Source of the DNA: Candidatus Nanohalarchaeota archaeon
Lineage (GTDB): Archaea; EX4484-52
NCBI GenBank assembly: GCA_030632385.1
Contig: DAOVUW010000001.1
Span: 1-34,029, forward strand
Direction: 5' to 3'
Length of the DNA stretch: 34,029 bases
Both the position numbers and the translations under genes were made by a program. This document shows positions 15,149-23,487 of this stretch, in pieces. Below the pieces are notes generated by a model. It saw nothing but the letters and a program-made list of their open reading frames with translations, ran no database searches and had not been told where the DNA came from. Every line of letters begins with the position of its first letter. The first letter of the stretch is position 1.

Positions 15149-17428
15149 TTATTCCAAATATTTTATATGCAATAAATCTTTTTCTTCAAGACATAGTTTT
15201 TCATACATGCATGCAAATATTCCTTCCAAGAAACCAAGAAGAAGAATCTCTCCTTTAAATTCTGATGGGTATCTGTAATTTTTTCCGCTGCTGAACTGCT
15301 TTTCAAACCATGATATTTTTTCAGTATAACTTTCTTCTTTGTCCTGGACATAGATGCCTGTTGCTTTTTTGCTGTTTATCAATTCCTGCACCAACGTCTT
15401 TTTGCCCGAGAGGAAAAAATACGGAACAATGCCTATGTCATTCAAAACCTGCGTTGCATAATGAGTCTCTTTGATTCTGCCGGACAAAGACAAAATGACG
15501 GCGACATCTTTTTCATCTATCCTCTTTACGACTGATGAGCCTATGATCATTATCTTTGTGCCGGAAATCTGATATAGCCTTGAAGCAAATAATTTGGCTA
15601 TCGTGTGCATCCTGCCGTATGCCTGCAATACAATTTTTGAAGATTTTCTTGTCTCTAAGATGGCATCAATAAGCGTCTCTATTTTTTCATACTGGTCATG
15701 GATTATTTCTTTTTGCCTGAGAAGTTCATCAGAGATATCGAGTATGTATTTTTTCATATAAGATGGTTTTTTACCCACCATATAAGCTTCCACCAAACTG
15801 GTCAAAACTACAAGAACTGAAAATTCCGAAATAGTGCCCAATGGGGTCCTTTTGGAAATCAAATCCTTTTCTTTGCTTTTGAAATCATCCTTTGTCCTCC
15901 CTTTTATGACAAGCAATGTGTCTTTTTCATCCCATGCCTTGCCCTGCGCATTGGTGGTGATTCCGATTATTCTTGCGCCTTTTTCTCTCAAGGTGTTTAC
16001 ATATTCCATGACAGAATAAGTGTTTCCTGAAGAGGAAATCGCAAATAATATGTCTTTTTTTCTTTTTCCAAAATCAACAGCAATGTCCTCATCGCCTGCA
16101 GATATTATCCGCGTATCTGCTATCTTTCCAAGCCATGCGCCTGCATATCTTGCCACAAGCCCCGAGCGACCGGCACCGGTTAAAACAATTCTTGAATCTT
16201 TGTCTATTGAATCTAATATCTGCGCAATAATATTTTCATCTATATTCTCCGCCACTTCTTTGAGCTGAGAGGATAGAATTTCCAGCACATCTTCTATCAC
16301 AGAACCCATATCATCTGTAATTTTTTCTTTTATTTTTTTTATTGCTTCAGCAGGATTTTCTGATTTGGCAATTTCACTGCCTACAATGACTATTCCTACT
16401 CCTGCTTTAGAGATATTATATGCACTCTGCTTATTTACTCCTCCTGCAACTGCTACAGGTATCGACAATTCCTGTGATATTCTTTTTATGCTTTTCGGAG
16501 GAACTATTTTACTGTGCAATAAATCATTTTCTGATTGATAATAGCGAACAAAATCAACTCCTATTTTCTCCAGTTCTTTTGCCCGTTTTATTAATCTCTC
16601 TTCTCCAATGCACTCGCGCAGACCAATCAAATCCGCCATAACTTTTTTTTTGTATTTTTTTGCAACAGATACTGCTTTTTTTATCTCCTCGATATCTGTA
16701 ATTGCGAGTATGCATGCTATATCTGCTCCTGCTGCAAAAGCACTTGAAAATTCTTTTTCTGCATCAGTTATTGTTCTTGTATTGGCAACAATGGTATTGT
16801 GCGGATAAAGTTCTTTAAATTGACTTACAACATCCATTCCTTCTTCTTTTAATTCATACCCTCTAACCACCAGAGCATCTTGAGGAATCGTCCCAATAAT
16901 CACATTCTTTTCATCTTCTCCCTTGGCTTCTTCTCCTGTATATCTTAACATCAAATCTTTATTGATTTGACATACCATACACTTTGAATCCATATATATT
17001 TTGATATTTGCTTCTATGGCAGCGTTAATGCATTCCCTTATTGTTGTCAAAGAGCCCATCTGCGTAATAATTATAATATCTGCTCCGGCATCAATTGCTA
17101 ATTTCATTTCTTCTTTTCCTGCATTTATTGGTTTTAAACTAACAGCTATCAATTTTCCTGGATTGCTTTTTTTTAATTTCTTTACTTTTTTCATTCCTAC
17201 TGCCTTAATCAAAAGCGGTCCAACCTCAATAAAATCACTATCTTCTACAACTAATTCTTTAGCTATTTTCAACGCCTTTTTCTTATCTGTAAAATTTATT
17301 GCTGTCTGCAGAACTGTTTTTCTCTCATTGCGTATAAACTCCATGTTGTGCGCTGGTTTAGACACAACATGAGAAAATCCTGCACTATCTAAAGAAGAAT
17401 CAAATCTGCAGGATTTTTGCTTGTTCAT
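15149..17428 (-). CDS. Four-module RuMP protein: HPS-like (truncated) + HPS-like + 6-phospho-3-hexuloisomerase (SIS) + second degenerate SIS domain
   Basis: HPS-like: LQTAINF, FIEVGPLLIK, AGADIIII; second module AGADIACI, VAVAGGV, VIVGSEI. PHI: VLTGAGRSGL, FAISSSGNT, PLGTISEF. Second SIS: VLQAYGRM, LSLSGRIKET. A possible alternative start is M29 (ATG at 17344). Confidence 0.85.
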   Translation of the reverse strand: MNKQKSCRFDSSLDSAGFSHVVSKPAHNMEFIRNERKTVLQTAINFTDKKKALKIAKELVVEDSDFIEVGPLLIKAVGMKKVKKLKKSNPGKLIAVSLKPINAGKEEMKLAIDAGADIIIITQMGSLTTIRECINAAIEANIKIYMDSKCMVCQINKDLMLRYTGEEAKGEDEKNVIIGTIPQDALVVRGYELKEEGMDVVSQFKELYPHNTIVANTRTITDAEKEFSSAFAAGADIACILAITDIEEIKKAVSVAKKYKKKVMADLIGLRECIGEERLIKRAKELEKIGVDFVRYYQSENDLLHSKIVPPKSIKRISQELSIPVAVAGGVNKQSAYNISKAGVGIVIVGSEIAKSENPAEAIKKIKEKITDDMGSVIEDVLEILSSQLKEVAENIDENIIAQILDSIDKDSRIVLTGAGRSGLVARYAGAWLGKIADTRIISAGDEDIAVDFGKRKKDILFAISSSGNTYSVMEYVNTLREKGARIIGITTNAQGKAWDEKDTLLVIKGRTKDDFKSKEKDLISKRTPLGTISEFSVLVVLTSLVEAYMVGKKPSYMKKYILDISDELLRQKEIIHDQYEKIETLIDAILETRKSSKIVLQAYGRMHTIAKLFASRLYQISGTKIMIIGSSVVKRIDEKDVAVILSLSGRIKETHYATQVLNDIGIVPYFFLSGKKTLVQELINSKKATGIYVQDKEESYTEKISWFEKQFSSGKNYRYPSEFKGEILLLGFLEGIFACMYEKLCLEEKDLLHIKYLE

Positions 17429-17475
17429 AAGAATTCAAAACAAATGTTTTTTTAAGTATATAGTAATCTTAAATA

Positions 17476-18852
17476 TTAATTTACAATTTTCCCGCCGGAA
17501 ATATTTCTGCAAACAATTTTTGAGTCAAGCTTGCGCAATTTAACATAGTTTTGAATACCTGAAGAGTTTAATACAATGAACTTTTTATTTATTTTTTTTT
17601 CTATTTCTTTTGGAATCGCAATTTGCTTTTTTGCTTTTTGACTGCCTATAGAGTGCAATAAATCAAATGCGTGTGTTATTCTTCTTTTTTCAAAGCACAC
17701 ACAATTGCCTTGTGAAAAATAAACAGACTTGTGTTTTTCAAGGAAATTTTCTATCTTTTGATTACCTGAAAATAAATCTGGCCCTTTTCTGTGGACATAG
17801 AATGACAAAACATCTGTTGAAAAATCAAATCCCATTATGCATAAATTGTTTTTTTCATCAACATCAAAAAAATAATCATTCAGAAAAAAAGCATTTGAGT
17901 GAATGTAATTCTTAAGAGAATTGTTGAATTTTTCAAGTTGAGGAAACAATATATCCTCTACCACAGTAGGTTTTTCAAAACACAAAACATAAATGCATCT
18001 GTTCTTTAACAGAGTCTGCAATGTTTTTTTTGTAGATGTTTTTTTTTCAAAAGCTTTTTCATCAAAATATATCTTGTCTGGATTCTGAAGATACATTCTG
18101 CTGTAATAGCTTGCTTTCAAAAGAGCCTCACTTCCCAATGACGCAGAAACATTTCTGTTATTATCTACAGGATCTAAAAAAATAAAAGGTGAATCAAATT
18201 TTTTTATCAGTTTTTTAACATCTTTAAGCTCAAAAAGAGAAGCAATTCTGTTTTCTCTCAAATTAGATAATTTGGTCAATACCCCTTCAAATGTTTTGTA
18301 TTTCACAATAAGCAATTCGCATAAATATCCGCTGAATCCTTTTGTCTTTAAATCAGAACCATAGCATTTTATTGTTCTTAAAAATTGTTTTAAAAGCAAG
18401 ACTTCTGTTCTCTGGTTTTTTTTTAAATATTTAAGGATGTATTCTGTATGGAACGGAGTCCTGTCAACTGCGGAAATCATCTGGTTGATGGTTTTTAGTC
18501 TATAGCATGGAACAATCTCTATTTTACAATTGCCTATTTTTCCTTTAGTGTAGGGATGAGAAGCATATTCTATTTCAAAACTTCCGCCAAAATGTTTGAA
18601 TGTATTTTCGCCGATATTGAGTGCTTGTTTTTCCATTTCTTCAGAAGTTGTTGTCTTATCGAAAAAAAGAAATATATCTAAATCATTGTTTTTTTTTAAG
18701 AAAGTGTGTTTTGCAACAGAACCCATTAACGCAGACTCTAAATTATATTTTGAGGAAATATACTTCTTTATTTCCAAAAACATATTGTTCATTTCACCCT
18801 CTTCTTTTTGAGAAGGTCTAATCTCTTTTATTACTGTTTCTAAAAAACTCAT
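17476..18852 (-). CDS. cca: CCA-adding enzyme (archaeal class I tRNA nucleotidyltransferase)
   Basis: GSVAKHTFLK.NNDLDIFLFF, ASHPYTKG, IEIVPCY, and AVDRTPFHTEYI. Confidence 0.9.
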   Translation of the reverse strand: MSFLETVIKEIRPSQKEEGEMNNMFLEIKKYISSKYNLESALMGSVAKHTFLKKNNDLDIFLFFDKTTTSEEMEKQALNIGENTFKHFGGSFEIEYASHPYTKGKIGNCKIEIVPCYRLKTINQMISAVDRTPFHTEYILKYLKKNQRTEVLLLKQFLRTIKCYGSDLKTKGFSGYLCELLIVKYKTFEGVLTKLSNLRENRIASLFELKDVKKLIKKFDSPFIFLDPVDNNRNVSASLGSEALLKASYYSRMYLQNPDKIYFDEKAFEKKTSTKKTLQTLLKNRCIYVLCFEKPTVVEDILFPQLEKFNNSLKNYIHSNAFFLNDYFFDVDEKNNLCIMGFDFSTDVLSFYVHRKGPDLFSGNQKIENFLEKHKSVYFSQGNCVCFEKRRITHAFDLLHSIGSQKAKKQIAIPKEIEKKINKKFIVLNSSGIQNYVKLRKLDSKIVCRNISGGKIVN

Positions 18853-18966
18853 ATATTTATTGGCAATATATGTTTTTTAAATTTTGTATCTTCGAGAGAA
18901 AAAGTGAAAAGAATTCAAACTTTGATTTAGATAAACTTTTAAATAATGTAATATAATCAATAAAAT

Positions 18967-19915
18967 ATGCGAGTCTATATATCAATCCCCTCGTGGAAAA
19001 ATAAAGATTGGAAAAATAAAAAATTATTAAATTTGTTTAATCAAAAAGTTGACATTGTCATTTGCGATAAAAGACCAACTCAATCAGAATTTGAAAATAT
19101 AATTCGTGAATATGATGGAGCAATTATTGGACAATTCCATTCAATTAATAAAGAAGTATTAAAAAATACAAAGCTAAAATTTGTTGGAACAGTGACTTAA
19201 AGGAACAGACCTTATTGATATCGATGAATGCAAAAAGAAAAATGTTTCTGTTTTCTATACTCCTGAAACAAATATAACTTCTGTTGCTGAACATGTTATG
19301 ACTTTAATTTTATCTTTATCAAAAAATCTAATTAAACTTGACAAAAGTGTTAGAGAAGAACAATTTGATAAATATAAATATTTTACTATCGATATAAAAG
19401 ATAAAACATTAGGAGTTATTGGTGCAGGAGCTATCTCAACAGAAATTATCAAAAGAGCAAATAGTTTTGATATGAAGATAATATGTTATACGCAACATCC
19501 AGAAAAACACAAAAACTTGAAAGTTGAATTTGTTCCTTTGACAGATTTATTGAAAAACTCTGATTTTGTTTCAATTAACATTCCCTTAACCAAAGATACA
19601 GAAAATTTTATTGATATAAAAGAATTATCTCTTATGAAAGAAAGCTCTTTTTTAATAAATGCATCAAGAGGGAAAGTGGTTAATGAAAAAGCATTGATAA
19701 ATGTTTTAAAAAATAATGAACTAGCAGGAGCAGGAATCGATGTTTTTGAAGAATAGCCAACACACAATAAGCAATTATTCTTATTGGATAATGTAATCCT
19801 AACTCCTCATGCTGCAGGATGTTCAAAAGATGCACTCGATAGGATGGAAAAATATGTAATTGAGGATATAATCGCCTTCTTAGAAAATAAACAACCCAAA
19901 TATAGATTAGCATAA
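18967..19915 (+). pseudogene. D-isomer-specific 2-hydroxyacid dehydrogenase (SerA/GyaR-like), disrupted by one frameshift and one in-frame TAG
   Basis: Three collinear ORF pieces. The frame changes at ACT-TAA-A (19195-19201), and removing one base restores VGTVTKGTDLIDID. NAD motif GVIGAGAIS, then NASRG, then DVFEE-TAG(19754-19756)-P…LTPHAAG. Confidence 0.8.
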
Positions 19916-19932
19916 TAGAAAAAGTCGCCGCC

Positions 19933-19987
19933 CTGCGTTATACTGTACTTTCGGTATTTTTTCTTGCAGAAAAAATACATAACGCAG
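19933..19987. other. 55-nt two-tier hairpin just downstream of the dehydrogenase pseudogene
   Basis: Outer stem ctgcgttat / ataacgcag (9 bp). Inner stem gtattttttc / gaaaaaatac (10 bp, loop ttgca). A 12-nt asymmetric bulge sits between them. Confidence 0.5.
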
Positions 19988-20141
19988 ATTGTAAGGAAAA
20001 ATCTTGCATAATTTTGCCTAAATCGCTTCATGACTTCTTATAATCCCATTTATTGATTTGTTTAACATTCCAATTTTGTTTCATTTAACAAATATAAAGT
20101 TTTAAAAGCTATCTTGTTATTAAATAATAACAATAATATAT

Positions 20142-20214
20142 GGGCTTGTAGTTCAGCTGGTAGAACGCTGCCCTTGCAAGGCAGAGGCCACGGGTTCAAA
20201 TCCCGTCGAGTCCA
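20142..20214 (+). tRNA. tRNA-Ala (anticodon TGC)
   Basis: Hand-folded cloverleaf: GGGCTTG/TA/GTTC-AGCTGGTA-GAAC/G/CTGCC-CTTGCAA-GGCAG/AGGCC/ACGGG-TTCAAAT-CCCGT/CGAGTCC/A. The G3:U70 alanine identity pair is present. Confidence 0.95.
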
Positions 20215-20248
20215 TAATCCGTATATTGGGTGATATAAAATATATAAT

Positions 20249-21487
20249 ATGTATTTGTACGAATTCCTACTGTTTATCTTCTTTCTTATTCTATCGGCTT
20301 TTTATTCTGCGAGCGAAACTGCTTTTTTATCAATAAATGAATTGCAGGTCAAAAAAATGCTGGAAAAAAAGGAAAAAAACGCAAAAACAATTAACAAACT
20401 AAAGAAAAAATCGCATAAAGTAATTATAGCTATTTTAATAGGAAACAATATTGCAAATGTAAGCCTCTCTGCTATCGCAACTTACGTCGCAACAAGAATG
20501 TTCGGAGCTTCTGGTGTGGGAATAGCGGTGGGGATAATCACATTAATTATATTGATATGTGGAGAAGTCACTCCAAAAATAATGGCAGTTGCAAAAGCAA
20601 AAAAATTCATGAAATATTTTGCAAAACCAATAGAATATAGTTGCTACTTATTTGCTCCTTTAATTTTTATGCTCGAGAATATATCAAAAAACACATCAAG
20701 AATCTTTGGCATAAAACTAGAAAAAGCAAAAGGGCTGACAGAAGAAGAATTAAAGACTGCAGTCATAATTAGTGAAGAAAAGGGAATAATAGACAAACAT
20801 GAAAAAAAATTAATCAATAATTTATTTGATTTTAGCGACACAAAAGTGGATGAAATTCTAACGCCAAAGTCTGAAGTAATTATGATAAACAAAAAAATGA
20901 CTGTGGTCGAGTTTGTGAATTTTATAAAAGAACACAGATATTCAAGATTCCCAATTTATGAAAATAAAGAAGACAATATTGTTGGAATTGTCTATGCAAA
21001 AGACATTTTAGCAAATATTTCAAAAGACATGAAGGGTACAGTAAACGATTTTATAAAAAAACCGTATTTTGTGCACGAAGATAAGGAAATAGGAAGTTTA
21101 ATGGAAGAAATGCGCAAAAGACAACAGCATATGTCTATTGTCGTAAATGAATATGGTGTGGTTGAAGGCATTGTAACACTGGAAGATATACTTGAAGAAA
21201 TTGTCGGCGAAATAGAAGATGAGAAGGATATGAAAAAACACATACTGCCTATAAAAGACAAAGGTCTATTTGTCGATGGATTGACCAAAATCGAAGAATT
21301 AGAGAAATATGGCGTAAAACTCCCGGAAGGCAAGTATAATACAATCAACGGTTATCTGACAAAAAAATTTAAAAAAATCCCCGAAGTAGGAGATAAATTA
21401 AAGCACAAAAAATACGAAATAATTGTCAAAGAAAGACACAGAAATCGCATTTCCAAGATATTTATAAAAATAAAAAAAAATAAGTAA
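20249..21487 (+). CDS. CNNM/CorB-type (HlyC/CorC family) divalent-cation transporter: DUF21 membrane domain + CBS pair + CorC_HlyC domain
   Basis: N-terminal SAFYSASETAF, GNNIANV, GEVTPK, a CBS-pair region (…RYSRFPIY…IVGIVYAKD…), and C-terminal GY…K…P..GD. Confidence 0.85.
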   Translation: MYLYEFLLFIFFLILSAFYSASETAFLSINELQVKKMLEKKEKNAKTINKLKKKSHKVIIAILIGNNIANVSLSAIATYVATRMFGASGVGIAVGIITLIILICGEVTPKIMAVAKAKKFMKYFAKPIEYSCYLFAPLIFMLENISKNTSRIFGIKLEKAKGLTEEELKTAVIISEEKGIIDKHEKKLINNLFDFSDTKVDEILTPKSEVIMINKKMTVVEFVNFIKEHRYSRFPIYENKEDNIVGIVYAKDILANISKDMKGTVNDFIKKPYFVHEDKEIGSLMEEMRKRQQHMSIVVNEYGVVEGIVTLEDILEEIVGEIEDEKDMKKHILPIKDKGLFVDGLTKIEELEKYGVKLPEGKYNTINGYLTKKFKKIPEVGDKLKHKKYEIIVKERHRNRISKIFIKIKKNK

Positions 21488-21577
21488 AGTTTTACTGTTG
21501 CAACTATAGATTTTCACGCAAATTTAGATTTTATTGTAATGTATAAAAGTTTAAAAGTATAAAATCTAGTTATTCTT

Positions 21578-22204
21578 ATGAAATTGCGTTTAATTAAACT
21601 AGATTCTCCGAACTCAAATATATATCTTATTGATGAAGATATATTAATAGATACTGGCTGTGGATTTAAGGAAGATAGAGAACTTTTTGAAAGCAAGTTA
21701 AAGAAATGCAAAAGCGGTTTTGATAAAATAAAAGTAATTGTATTGACGCATTGCCATTATGATCATTCCAATGGAACAAGATTTTTTAAAAATGCAAAAA
21801 TATACATTGGATACAATGATGCATTAGCACTTGAAGAAAAAGATGATAAATCAATATGTTCTTCTTATTTTTCTCAAAATTACACAGGACGCTCAGATAT
21901 TCATCTTGCCATTAAAAAAGGAGCGATTCTTCCGTTAAAACCTGATTTCACACTCCACATAATTGAAACACCGGGACATTCAAATGGGAGCATATGTCTG
22001 TATGACAAAAAAAGAAAGACTCTTTTTAGCGGAGATACTTTATTTGACTGCGGACACGGACGGGTCGACTTGCCCGGGGGAAATATAGAAGAAATGAAAA
22101 ATTCTTTGGAAAAACTAAGAAAACTGGATTTCAAGGTCGTCTACCCGGGACATGGAAATGTATTTAGACGAGACCAAAACACATTTAATAATATAATAAT
22201 ATAA
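21578..22204 (+). CDS. Metallo-beta-lactamase-fold hydrolase
   Basis: THCHYDH (HxHxDH), TPGHS, GDTLF, and PGHG. Confidence 0.8.
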   Translation: MKLRLIKLDSPNSNIYLIDEDILIDTGCGFKEDRELFESKLKKCKSGFDKIKVIVLTHCHYDHSNGTRFFKNAKIYIGYNDALALEEKDDKSICSSYFSQNYTGRSDIHLAIKKGAILPLKPDFTLHIIETPGHSNGSICLYDKKRKTLFSGDTLFDCGHGRVDLPGGNIEEMKNSLEKLRKLDFKVVYPGHGNVFRRDQNTFNNIII

Positions 22205-22209
22205 TTACT

Positions 22210-22788
22210 ATGCTCAAAAAATTATACGAAAAATATCCTTTTTTAAGACGGTATTTCTTAACGCCTTTTGCTTACAACACAAATCCCAATACTATTTCTT
22301 TTATTGCTTTAATCAGTGCATTTATTGCAGGAGGATTATTTTACAACAAATATTATGTTTTTGGTGCCTTATTTGTACTCATAAATGGATATCTTGATTT
22401 ACTTGACGGCGAAGTTGCAAAAAAACACAATAGAGCCAGACCATTGGGTGATTTTCTAGATCATTTTTTTGACAGGATTGCCGACATAATGATAATATTC
22501 CCATTAAGTTTTGCGCCTTTTGTTAATACCAATCTAGTATTTGCTGTAATAGTGCTTATGCTCTTAACATCATATTTGGGTGTTGAATCACAAGCCTTGT
22601 TAAATAAAAGAAATTACAGCGGTATTGGAGGTAGAGCAGAACGCTTAACAATAATATTCTTCACATGCCTTCTTTTTCCATTCTATGATCAAAGCATTGT
22701 AATTGGTTTATACATTATTTCATTTCTGTGCCTGATAACTGTCAGCAAAAGATTCTACGATACATATACAGCACTGGACAAAAAATGA
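22210..22788 (+). CDS. CDP-alcohol phosphatidyltransferase (archaetidyl-inositol-P/serine synthase-like)
   Basis: DLLDGEVAKKHNRARPLGDFLDHFFDRIAD fits D-G-x2-A-(R/K)-x8-G-x3-D-x3-D. Multi-TM protein of about 190 aa. Confidence 0.8.
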   Translation: MLKKLYEKYPFLRRYFLTPFAYNTNPNTISFIALISAFIAGGLFYNKYYVFGALFVLINGYLDLLDGEVAKKHNRARPLGDFLDHFFDRIADIMIIFPLSFAPFVNTNLVFAVIVLMLLTSYLGVESQALLNKRNYSGIGGRAERLTIIFFTCLLFPFYDQSIVIGLYIISFLCLITVSKRFYDTYTALDKK

Positions 22789-22805
22789 ACATACTATCCA
22801 AATAA

Positions 22806-23438
22806 CTATTCTTTCTTTCTTTTCAAATATCTTCCTCTGTGTTCTATTTTCTCCAGCCTGTTTTTTACCATAGTTGCATCCCTTTCTTGAGAATTTTTAA
22901 AATAATCTTTTTTGAAATCAGATAAATATTCTCTGAGCTGCGGAAAGGTCGCCTCAAATGATTTTATAAAATTATGGATATCCATTGCTTTTTCTTCTGT
23001 CCTGTGTGTTATTTGACCGAATCCAAAATCTATAAAATAAGGTATTTCTTTGTCATTCTCCAGAGCAACAATAATATTGGATGAGGTTAAATCGCCATGG
23101 ACAATATCGTTCTTGTGCATTTCTGCAATAAAAAAAGCGCATTTCGATAAAATATTTTTTAGTTTATTCGCTTTTTGACTACATTCCTTTATGTATTCAT
23201 CCAGCTTTTTTCCTTCAACAAAATCAATTTTAAGAGTGTATTTGTCTTCAATAATAACCCCAGGCACAGGAATGTTGTTTTTTCTGCACGCATTCAATAA
23301 ATTTGCCTCTTTTTTTGTACGTACCTTTCTTATATGCCTATCCAGCGTCTCTTCGCGGTAATTTTTTCTTATCCGTCTTTTAAAAATATATTTCCTGTCT
23401 TCAGATACAATTATATCTGCTTCAGCTCCGATTTTCAT
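22806..23438 (-). CDS. bud32: KEOPS-complex kinase Bud32 (Kae1-associated kinase), stand-alone
   Basis: GAEA.I, K.R..K.YR, VHGDLTSSNII and IDFG. About 210 aa. Ends with TAG. Confidence 0.85.
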   Translation of the reverse strand: MKIGAEADIIVSEDRKYIFKRRIRKNYREETLDRHIRKVRTKKEANLLNACRKNNIPVPGVIIEDKYTLKIDFVEGKKLDEYIKECSQKANKLKNILSKCAFFIAEMHKNDIVHGDLTSSNIIVALENDKEIPYFIDFGFGQITHRTEEKAMDIHNFIKSFEATFPQLREYLSDFKKDYFKNSQERDATMVKNRLEKIEHRGRYLKRKKE

Positions 23439-23487
23439 AAAATAATATCTTCGATAAGTTTTTTAAGTTCTTTTCTTTATTTAGTGC

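Noticed and set aside
19195-19201. ACT-TAA-A as a programmed +1 frameshift site
   Set aside because: Re-pairing of a Thr tRNA from ACU to CUU is poor. There is no stimulatory element, and the gene has a second lesion.
19754-19756. In-frame TAG in the dehydrogenase as a possible recoded (e.g. pyrrolysine-type) codon
   Set aside because: TAG plausibly terminates several ordinary genes here: uL29 at 6134-6136, Bud32 at 22806-22808, the ATPase at 28095-28097 and the 509-aa ORF at 32767-32769. The same gene also carries an independent frameshift, and no Pyl machinery is visible. A nonsense mutation is the simpler reading.
19807-20031. 74-aa minus-strand ORF downstream of the dehydrogenase
   Set aside because: It overlaps the conserved C-terminal coding part of the dehydrogenase pseudogene and the long hairpin. 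It has no motif support.
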